Shown: positions 25,539 through 33,726 of the stretch, one piece after another
How positions within the stretch are numbered: position 1 is the stretch's first letter
Layout: each line of letters starts with the position of its first letter
Origin: Gammaproteobacteria bacterium
GTDB taxonomy: Bacteria > Pseudomonadota > Gammaproteobacteria > Steroidobacterales > GCA-2729495
DNA length: 64,000 bases
Direction: 5' to 3'
Assembly (NCBI GenBank): GCA_049290495.1
Contig: JBATNV010000318.1
Location: 4,709 to 68,708, forward strand
Notes under the pieces: model-generated
Told to the model about the DNA's origin: nothing
The model's input: the letters and a program-made list of their open reading frames with translations, nothing else
The model's database searches: none
Made by a program: the position numbers and the translations under genes

Positions 25539-28178
25539 CTAGTTCAGGGGCGCCTGAAACGGATCGTTGTAGTACTGCGCACCGATATCCACCCACTCGG
25601 AAATCAGGCGCAGTTCTGCCGGCGACAGGCGGCCTGCGTGCGTACCCCCGGCTGCAAAGCGGCTGAAAAAGCGCGTCGAGTTACGCGCTCCGGCAGTCGA
25701 CAGCGACGCACTGACCGATACAGGACTGAAGACCGGATCGCCGGTTACCGGATCGACGCCGGTCTGCACCAGGCGGTCGGCAAGCGCGCCTTCGACGAGT
25801 TCCTGCTCATTATCCGTGGAGAGCAACTCGCGGTAGGCCTTGAAATGATCGCCGTTGATATCAGAGGCACCGTCTGACAGATCGAGCTGGCCGGCCGGCA
25901 GCTGCACGGTACCCAGCACGCTGACAGGCGCATGGCAGCTCGTACAGGTGTCATCGCTGAGTACCGTAACGCCGTCACCGGCCAGCGTCTGGCGGGGTTT
26001 GCTCCACAGCGGGTGTATGTGTGCCTCGTAGTTGATCGTGATCCGGCAGTGCGGCGCCCAGCTGTCGAGGCAGTCAGCGCTGGTCGGTATCGGCGTGCTG
26101 AGATCTGTATAACGCCAGGCAAAGCTCGAATCTGCAGGCCGGCCAGCCGCAACGGGATCGGTCCAGATATCGTCGTAGACGACATCCTCGTCCAGAGCGA
26201 TCAGCTGACAGTCGGTTGCGCAGCTGATGCGCTTCTTGACCTGCGCCATGGTCTCGCCGAAATCCGCAAAGAACGCAGTGTTGGTGTTCGGGAACGGCTG
26301 ACCGTCAGCCGTAGCACCGCTCCATGCGCTCGTGAAAGCAGCCTGCCGCCCGTGCGACACCTGGTTCTGTGTCGAGTGGCAGCCGTTGCAGGCCAGCACC
26401 TCACCGGGACGCAGCTGCAGCCAGTTCTGATGGCGCGCAGTGATGCGTCGCCCGTCTGCATCCAGTACCGACAGCGCGATCGGCACGTTGGCAGGCACCC
26501 GCACCACGACCGAACCATCCGGCTCGACTGGCGCATAACCGAGAATCTCGCGCATGCCCTGCCCCGCGCTGACACCAAACGCGCTGTTGTCGAAGTCACG
26601 CACATCCCGGTCTGGCAAGGCCACAGCTTTTTCGATGCGCAGAAAGCGCGCCTGACGCTGGGCGGCTGTGGTCTGCGCCGGATCGGCCACTGCGCTGATG
26701 TTTAGCGAAGCCCTGCCATCAAAGTCATAGACACTGCGGATATCGATCAGGCCCTGCTCATTCATCACGAGTTCCGGATCGAGCTGACCGGTCGAGGCCT
26801 GGTCAAAGATTACCGGCGGCAGCGTTCGCGGCTGTGCCGCCACGAGGTCGCTGACCAGTACATTCTCGGTAGGCGAGAACACCGGCAACTGCGTTCCGGC
26901 CACCGGATCGAAGATCCACACGCCATAGAGCGGAAAAGCCGGCCGCGCGTCGGGCGCTGCCAGTGCTGCCGCCGTGCAAGGCACGATCTTGTCATCGACG
27001 TCCAGCAAGCGGCAGGGGCTCCAGACCGTGAACATCCGGCCGGTACCATCCCAGAGCGGGAACGCAGCGCCGAATGTGCCACCGGGTGAGATGCCATCAT
27101 CGGTGCGCACATCATTGACCACAGTGCGAACCTGCGCCGGTCCGACCAGACCGGCATTGGCGGCGGTCGGCTGCAGGTTTTCTACAAAGTGCTCGGCATC
27201 GATGCTGACCAGGTCGCCACCACCGTCATCCACCTCAAAGGGCCGGATCACGCTAAGGATGCGTCCGTCCGGCAGCTCGCGTGGTTGCGAGAACTGGATG
27301 GTTGCACCATCGGTACCGGTATCGTGACTGCGCGAGCCGTAGTAGAGCTCAAGACCCGTTCCATCCGGGTTCATCCGGTAAAGGTTCATCTCGCTGTTGC
27401 CGGCCGCGTTGTCCCAGCGACTGAACAGAATCTGTCCGTTGGCCAGCACCGAGGCATCAAGGTCGTGGCTCTGGTTGAAAGAAATCTGGTGTATGTCGCT
27501 GCCATCGGCATTCATGACATGCAGCACAAATGCCGGCTCATTGCGGTCCTCATCCTGCGCATCGAACTGTTGCTTGCCTTCGTCGATCAGCACGGCCTTT
27601 GATTGCCGCTGCCGGGTCGAAGAAAAGACGATGCGGCCATCCGGCAGATACGCCGGCGCGATGTCCTGCCCGGTTTCGGCATTCAGATCGGAGCTGATCA
27701 CCCGGCGCAAGGTGTCACCCGCGAAGTTGTACTCCCAGATGTTCCAGGTGGGCTGGTCTTCTTCGTCGGCACCGGCCACGAATGGACCGCGCATCGCGAA
27801 AATGAGCGTGGCACCGTCCCAGGACACTTCCGGATCGCGGATATCGTAGAGACCGCTGGCCTGCGTTATGCGTTCAGTAATGTTGCGCTCAACGGCGGTA
27901 ACTGCCGCGCGCTCGCGCACATAGAGATCGGCGCCGATATCGAAGCGGCGCAGTTCGCGCAGATCAGAAGCCTGCAATGCGCCCTGCGCATCAACCGGCA
28001 GCGGCCGCTTGACGTACGCGATCGGCACATCGACCACGACCGGATCCGGGTTCTGCTCGCCACCGACGCCACCGCCGCCGCAGGCAGAGAGCCCGAAGGC
28101 GACTGCAGTCCACAGCAATAGACTGCAGACGGAAATTCTCCGCCCGCGTAATTGAATATTTCGCGTCACTAAAACCAT
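25539..28178 (-). CDS. beta-propeller (TolB/PD40-like) dihaem c-type cytochrome lipoprotein, hydrazine-synthase-alpha-like architecture
   Basis: Lipobox ..AFGLSAC. PD40-like repeats (..DGRIVFSS.., ..NGQILFSRW.., ..MNPDGTG..). Two CXXCH motifs in the C-terminal third (LACNGCHS, CTSCHAP). Start 28178 or 28184. Confidence 0.8.
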   Translation of the reverse strand: MVLVTRNIQLRGRRISVCSLLLWTAVAFGLSACGGGGVGGEQNPDPVVVDVPIAYVKRPLPVDAQGALQASDLRELRRFDIGADLYVRERAAVTAVERNITERITQASGLYDIRDPEVSWDGATLIFAMRGPFVAGADEEDQPTWNIWEYNFAGDTLRRVISSDLNAETGQDIAPAYLPDGRIVFSSTRQRQSKAVLIDEGKQQFDAQDEDRNEPAFVLHVMNADGSDIHQISFNQSHDLDASVLANGQILFSRWDNAAGNSEMNLYRMNPDGTGLELYYGSRSHDTGTDGATIQFSQPRELPDGRILSVIRPFEVDDGGGDLVSIDAEHFVENLQPTAANAGLVGPAQVRTVVNDVRTDDGISPGGTFGAAFPLWDGTGRMFTVWSPCRLLDVDDKIVPCTAAALAAPDARPAFPLYGVWIFDPVAGTQLPVFSPTENVLVSDLVAAQPRTLPPVIFDQASTGQLDPELVMNEQGLIDIRSVYDFDGRASLNISAVADPAQTTAAQRQARFLRIEKAVALPDRDVRDFDNSAFGVSAGQGMREILGYAPVEPDGSVVVRVPANVPIALSVLDADGRRITARHQNWLQLRPGEVLACNGCHSTQNQVSHGRQAAFTSAWSGATADGQPFPNTNTAFFADFGETMAQVKKRISCATDCQLIALDEDVVYDDIWTDPVAAGRPADSSFAWRYTDLSTPIPTSADCLDSWAPHCRITINYEAHIHPLWSKPRQTLAGDGVTVLSDDTCTSCHAPVSVLGTVQLPAGQLDLSDGASDINGDHFKAYRELLSTDNEQELVEGALADRLVQTGVDPVTGDPVFSPVSVSASLSTAGARNSTRFFSRFAAGGTHAGRLSPAELRLISEWVDIGAQYYNDPFQAPLN

Positions 28179-28370
28179 CACCATCCCTGTCACAGCCTGC
28201 CCAAGACTGTGTGTGCATCTGACCTGATGCGCGGCGCCCAATCGCCTGCCAGCTAACCTAATGCATAGCGATTTGAACGAACTGTTAAGGCGGTCACAGA
28301 ACCCCGGGCCGCTGATAACGATAAATGCTCAACGGCGTGCAATGCGCCGCGTTACCGGGATGGGCACAAG

Positions 28371-29573
28371 GTGATTGTTACGCAACGAGGACGGCACAGA
28401 GCCGTCACTTCGAAGCTTGGGTCTGTGCGGCTGTTAAGGCAGTTGACTGCAATTGCGGCACTGACACTACTCAGCCAGACGGGCATCGCGGGGCCACGCG
28501 AGCAGGCCTGGCGCATGCACGAAAGACTCACGGGCATACCGCCTGATTCCATCGTACTTGAAAACATGCGCGCTGATATCGCCGGTGGCAATGCGGTCGC
28601 GGCCGCACAGATCGCCATGGAAAACAGTGCCTTTTACAACGTAACGCTGAAGAACTTTGTTGCGCCGTGGACCAATGAGGAGCAGAGCGTTTTCGTACCG
28701 CTGAACGACTACACCGCCACCGTGATCGGCATGGTGCGCGACGATGTGCCCTTCAACACGCTGCTCTCGGCAAATCTCGTTTACATCGGCTCAGGGTCGG
28801 GCATTCCTGCCTATTCGCCATCGAATAATGACCATTACCAGGCACTTGAAGACCAGAACGTTGATCTGAAACAGCGCCTGGTCGCCAGTACGCAGACGGC
28901 CGTGAGCGGCATGCCATCAAGCGCCACTGCCGGCGTCCTGACCACGCGCGCCGCTGCCGCCGCCTTCTTTGAAGCCGGCACCAACCGCGCCATGTTCCGC
29001 TTCACGATGATCAATCACATGTGCCGCGACATGGAGCAGGTACTCGACACCAGCGGCATCCCCGACCGGATCCGCCAGGACGTGTCACGCAGCCCCGGCG
29101 GCGACAGCCGGATCTTTCTTAACAACTGCATCGGCTGCCACATTGGCATGGATCCGATGACCCAGGCCTTCGCTTACTACAACTTCGACGCAGCACAGGG
29201 CCGGCTGGTCTATACGGACGGACAGGTGCAGGCGAAGTACTTCAACAACGACACGACCTTCCAGTACGGCTACCGGACGCCGAACGACAATTGGACGAAC
29301 TACTGGCGCCATGGCCAGAACCGGATACTCGGCTGGGACCCCAGCCGCAGCGGCAGCGGTGCAGGCGCGAAGACCATGGGCGAGGAACTCGCCAACAGCA
29401 CCGCCTTTGCGCAGTGTCAGGTGGAGAAGGTCTTCCGCAACGTCTGCCTCCGATCGCCGGTGGATGGTGCTGACCGCGCACAGATCGATTCGATGGTCGG
29501 CGATTTCCGCACGGGTGGCTATCACCTGAAGCAGGTGTTCGCCGAATCCGCCAGCTACTGCATGGGCAATTGA
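28371..29573 (+). CDS. CXXCH protein, DUF1588/PSCyt-like
   Basis: ..NNCIGCHIGMDPMTQAFAYYNFD.. resembles the C..CH..DP..F motif of planctomycete-type DUF1588 proteins. Signal-like N-terminus. Start uncertain (GTG 28371 or GTG 28425). Confidence 0.75.
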   Translation: MIVTQRGRHRAVTSKLGSVRLLRQLTAIAALTLLSQTGIAGPREQAWRMHERLTGIPPDSIVLENMRADIAGGNAVAAAQIAMENSAFYNVTLKNFVAPWTNEEQSVFVPLNDYTATVIGMVRDDVPFNTLLSANLVYIGSGSGIPAYSPSNNDHYQALEDQNVDLKQRLVASTQTAVSGMPSSATAGVLTTRAAAAAFFEAGTNRAMFRFTMINHMCRDMEQVLDTSGIPDRIRQDVSRSPGGDSRIFLNNCIGCHIGMDPMTQAFAYYNFDAAQGRLVYTDGQVQAKYFNNDTTFQYGYRTPNDNWTNYWRHGQNRILGWDPSRSGSGAGAKTMGEELANSTAFAQCQVEKVFRNVCLRSPVDGADRAQIDSMVGDFRTGGYHLKQVFAESASYCMGN

Positions 29574-29593
29574 GCGGGGATAACCGGGTGAAC

Positions 29594-32047
29594 ATGAAAC
29601 TGATTCTCGCTGCCCTCCTCGCTGCACTGCTGGCCGGTTGCGGCGGCGGTTCGAGCACAACGGCGAAGGCACCGAGTAGCCTGCCGCCACCGGCCACCTA
29701 CTCCGGGCCGCCAGCACAGAACGAGGAAATCCTGCATTTCCAGAACTCGCTGTGGGTAAACGTCCGCAATGGCGGCGTGGCCCGCTGCGCCGGCTGCCAC
29801 GGCGCCACGCAAGACCCGACCTTTGCCCGCGATGACGACGTCAATCTCGCCTGGCAAGCCGCTGATCCGCTCATCAACCGCAACGATCCGGCCAACTCGC
29901 CGATCGTGCAGAAGATGGCCGGCGGCCATAACTGCTGGCTGGGAACCAATCAGGCTGCGGTGCAGGCCTGCGCCACGACCATGCAGGCCTGGGTAGAAGC
30001 CTGGCTGGATGGCAGCGGCACCGGTGGCACGCGACAGATACAACTGGTCGCGCCGCCCGATCATGAGGTCGGCCAGAGCCGCAATTTTCCGGTCGACTCG
30101 GCTGGCTACGCCGCCAATGTCTGGCCACTGGTGCGCCAGTACTGCGCTGGCTGCCATAACTCTTCGGCAGCCACCCGCCAGTCACCCTACTTCGCTGATG
30201 ACGACGTGCAGAGCGCCTATCTCGCCGTAAAGACCAAGATCGATCTCGATGATCCGGACCAGTCGCGGCTGGTACTGCGTCTGCGCGACGAGTTTCACAA
30301 CTGCTGGAGCGACTGTGCCGCGAATGCAACGACCATGGAGAACGCGATCCGCGCCTGGGCGCAGCAGATTCCGCTAACCGCAGTTGATCCGCAACTGGTG
30401 ATCAGCAAGGCGCTGACCATGTACCAGGGGACCGTCGCCAGCGGCGGCAGCCGCAATGAAGCCAGCCAGATCGCGCTGTGGGAATTCAAGGAAGCCAGCG
30501 GCAGTACGGCATACGACACCAGTGGCGTACAGCCGGCGATCAATCTCAGTTTGTCCGGCGACATCCAGTGGGTCGGCGGCTGGGGCATCGATATCCGCAG
30601 CGGCAAGGCACAGGGTTCGACGACCGCCAGCCGCAAGCTCCGCGACATGATCACCGCGACCGGGCAATACAGCGTTGAAGCCTGGGTAGCACCTGCCAAC
30701 GTCAACCAGGAAGACACGCGGATCATCAGCTACTCCGCAGGTCCGACGCTGCGCAACTTCACGCTCGGGCAGACGCTCTACAGTTACGACTTCTACCATC
30801 GCAGCAGCAGCACCGATGCAAACGGTGGACCGGCACTGAATACCGCAGCTGCGGATGAAGATGCGCAGGCGACCCTGCAGCACGTGGTACTGACCTTCGA
30901 TCCGGTCAACGGGCGACACGTGTATGTGAACGGCGTGGATACGCAGGACGCAGACCCGGTTGCCGGCGGCACGCTCGGCGACTGGGACAACACCTTCGCC
31001 CTGGTACTCGGTAATGAGCCTTCGGGTGACAGGCAGTGGCGCGGCGTGCTGCGTCTCGCAGCGATTCACAACCGTGCGCTCACCGCCACGCAAGTGCAGG
31101 AGAACTTCGATGCCGGCGTGGGCGAGCGTTTTTACCTGCTCTTCAATGTCAGCGCACAGGTCGGCGCGCCCGACAGCTACATCATGTTCGAAGTCAGCCA
31201 GTTCGACAGCTACAGCTACCTTTTCTACCGGCCCACCTTTATCAACCTCAATCCGGACTGGCAGCCATCCGGCAACATTCCCGTTCGCGGTCTGCTCATC
31301 GGCGCCAACGGTACCGAAGTGCCAGTCAGCCAGGCGTGGGGAAACCTGAACGAGGTCGTCAGCACCGACAAGGGCTACTCACCTGAAACCGGCCAGGTCC
31401 TGTCCAGCCTCGGTACGGTAGTGCCGCTGGAGAAAGGGCCGGATGCGGATGAGTTCTTCCTGAGCTTTGCCGTACTCGGCGGCAGCACCAATGTGCGTGT
31501 CGAACCGGCCCCGCTCACGCCACCACCACCGGCAGATGGTGAGCCGCAACCCGACATCGGCGTAAAAACCTTTGACGAGATCAACGCCACCATGGCGACG
31601 ATCACCGGCGTCGCAGCGACCACGCCGGCCGTCAAGGCGACCTTTGCGCTCGTTCGCCAGCAATTGCCGTCGATCGACGACGTGTCGGCAGTGCTCGCCT
31701 CGCACCAGGTGGGCATCGCCCAGCTGGCTATCGAGTACTGCAACGCGCTGGTCAATGACACAGGTCTGCGCAGCTCGGTATTCCCCGGCTTCAACTTCAG
31801 TGCGCCGGCCAACCAGGCTTTCGACACATCCGGCGAACGCGATCTGATCTTCGGCCCGCTGTTGCGCCGCTCGATGGGCACCGGGCTACTCAGCCAGCCG
31901 GACGAAGCGAACGTGCGCCTGGAACTCGACAACCTGGCCACCACACTCACCAGTTGCGGCGGCAGCTGCGCTGCCGACCGTACCGCTACCGTGGTCAAGT
32001 CAGCCTGTGCTGCAACCATCGGCAGTGCCGCAACCCTGGTGCAGTAG
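29594..32047 (+). CDS. lipoprotein with two CAGCH modules and a LamG-like domain
   Basis: MKLILAALLAALLAGC lipobox. CAGCH codons begin at 29786 and 30143, each followed by an HNCW motif. Central LamG/concanavalin-like region (..QYSVEAWV..TLQHVVLTFD..RWRGVLRLAAIHNRALT..). Confidence 0.85.
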   Translation: MKLILAALLAALLAGCGGGSSTTAKAPSSLPPPATYSGPPAQNEEILHFQNSLWVNVRNGGVARCAGCHGATQDPTFARDDDVNLAWQAADPLINRNDPANSPIVQKMAGGHNCWLGTNQAAVQACATTMQAWVEAWLDGSGTGGTRQIQLVAPPDHEVGQSRNFPVDSAGYAANVWPLVRQYCAGCHNSSAATRQSPYFADDDVQSAYLAVKTKIDLDDPDQSRLVLRLRDEFHNCWSDCAANATTMENAIRAWAQQIPLTAVDPQLVISKALTMYQGTVASGGSRNEASQIALWEFKEASGSTAYDTSGVQPAINLSLSGDIQWVGGWGIDIRSGKAQGSTTASRKLRDMITATGQYSVEAWVAPANVNQEDTRIISYSAGPTLRNFTLGQTLYSYDFYHRSSSTDANGGPALNTAAADEDAQATLQHVVLTFDPVNGRHVYVNGVDTQDADPVAGGTLGDWDNTFALVLGNEPSGDRQWRGVLRLAAIHNRALTATQVQENFDAGVGERFYLLFNVSAQVGAPDSYIMFEVSQFDSYSYLFYRPTFINLNPDWQPSGNIPVRGLLIGANGTEVPVSQAWGNLNEVVSTDKGYSPETGQVLSSLGTVVPLEKGPDADEFFLSFAVLGGSTNVRVEPAPLTPPPPADGEPQPDIGVKTFDEINATMATITGVAATTPAVKATFALVRQQLPSIDDVSAVLASHQVGIAQLAIEYCNALVNDTGLRSSVFPGFNFSAPANQAFDTSGERDLIFGPLLRRSMGTGLLSQPDEANVRLELDNLATTLTSCGGSCAADRTATVVKSACAATIGSAATLVQ

Positions 32048-32082
32048 TCGCACCGAAGCAGAGCCGACCGAGGCAAAGAAAT

Positions 32083-33699
32083 ATGTCACGCAGAAGCAGG
32101 AATTACTTCGAACCCCAGCGCCATCCGGAGCACCCGCGGCCCATCACGCGGCGCCAGCTGATATCGCAGGGCTTCATGGCGGGCACGGCGACGGTACTTG
32201 GCGGCGGCATACTGAGCCTGTTTGCCAATCCACGCGCTGCCTATGCAGCCCTGGCACCGGACCTGGAAGCACTCAAGGCCTCCTGCGGTATAGCAGTGCA
32301 GGGTGCCGGAAAGATTCCTTTCATCTGCTTCGACCTGGCCGGCGGCGCTAGTATGGCTGGCTCGAATGTGCTGGTCGGTGGTGCGGGCGGACAGCTCGAC
32401 TTTCTCTCCAGCGCCGGCTACAGCAAGCTCGGCCTGCCCGGCGACATGATTCCGCCGGTGATCAGCGCAGTCACGCAGCAGGACCATGTTGACGACAGCA
32501 TGGGCCTCGCCTTCCACAGCGACAGTGCCTTTCTGCGTGGCATGCAGGGCAGCATGAGCGCCGGCACTGCGGCAAACATCAACGGTGCAGTGATTCCCGC
32601 GCGTTCTGAAAACGACACCGGCAACAATCCACATAACCCGCTGTACGGCATCGCGCGCGCCGGTGCGGACGGTTCGCTGCTGAAGCTGGTCGGTTCACGC
32701 AACAGTGATTCCGGCGGCAACTCGGTATCGCCCATGGCCATGGTCAACGCCGCCGATCGCCCGACCAAGATCGACCGGCCCAGCGACGTCACCGGTCTCG
32801 TCGATACCGGACAGCTCGTCGGTCTGCTCGGCCAGGCCGATGCGGTAGCGGTACTCGAGTCGATCCAGCGCATCAGTGCGATGAAACTGCAGCGGGTCAG
32901 TACCGGACTCAGCATGCCTGATCCACTTAACCCGGCAGTCACGCGCGATGAAGTCATCAAGGACCTGGTGAGTTGCGGCTATGTGAAATCAGCCGATATC
33001 GCCGACCGCTTCGGTAATCCTGCCAGCCTCAATCCCTCCATCGATCCCTTTATCGTCGGCGGCAGCGGCATCTTCACGCAGAGCGAATACGACAGCGACG
33101 ATGAATTCAGAAAGACGGCCGCGGTGATGAAGCTGGTGGTCAATGGCTTTGCCGGTGCCGGCTGCGTCACGATGGGCGGCTATGACTATCACGGCGGCCG
33201 CCGTGCCGAAGGCGAAGTGAAGGACTTTCGCGCCGGTCGCTGCATGGGTGCCTGCCTGGAATACGCAGCACGCATCGGTATGCCACTGATGCTCTACGTG
33301 TACAGCGATGGTTCACTCTCAAGCAACGGCAGCATCGACAATACAGTGAATGGCCGCGGCAAGGGCGAGTGGACCAGCGACAACCAGACTACGGCCGCAT
33401 CATTCTTCCTGGTCTACAACCCCGGTGGCCGCGCGACGCTACTCGGCAGCACGCCGGAGCAGCAGGCGAGACACCAGCAAATCGGCTACTTCCGCAGCGA
33501 CGCTTCGGTGGAAACCGCAGCGACGCCGGCCGCGAACAACGTCAATCTGCTGGTCGAAACCGTGCTGCTCAATTACATGGCGCTGCACGGACAGCAGGGT
33601 AACTTCGCAGGCCTGTTTCCCGGTCACGGTCTCGGCAACAGCAGTCTGCGCGATTCGCTGACCGCCTTTGCGCCAATCGTGAACGGTTCAATCCTTTAA
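32083..33699 (+). CDS. Tat-exported DUF1501/DUF1552-like protein
   Basis: GAGG 9 nt before the ATG at 32083. Twin-arginine signal ..ITRRQLISQGFMAGTATVLGGG..AYA; ..MGGYDYHGG.. sulfatase-fold-like motif. Confidence 0.8.
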   Translation: MSRRSRNYFEPQRHPEHPRPITRRQLISQGFMAGTATVLGGGILSLFANPRAAYAALAPDLEALKASCGIAVQGAGKIPFICFDLAGGASMAGSNVLVGGAGGQLDFLSSAGYSKLGLPGDMIPPVISAVTQQDHVDDSMGLAFHSDSAFLRGMQGSMSAGTAANINGAVIPARSENDTGNNPHNPLYGIARAGADGSLLKLVGSRNSDSGGNSVSPMAMVNAADRPTKIDRPSDVTGLVDTGQLVGLLGQADAVAVLESIQRISAMKLQRVSTGLSMPDPLNPAVTRDEVIKDLVSCGYVKSADIADRFGNPASLNPSIDPFIVGGSGIFTQSEYDSDDEFRKTAAVMKLVVNGFAGAGCVTMGGYDYHGGRRAEGEVKDFRAGRCMGACLEYAARIGMPLMLYVYSDGSLSSNGSIDNTVNGRGKGEWTSDNQTTAASFFLVYNPGGRATLLGSTPEQQARHQQIGYFRSDASVETAATPAANNVNLLVETVLLNYMALHGQQGNFAGLFPGHGLGNSSLRDSLTAFAPIVNGSIL

Positions 33700-33726
33700 G
33701 GGCGTTTCCGATGCCATAATCGCTGC

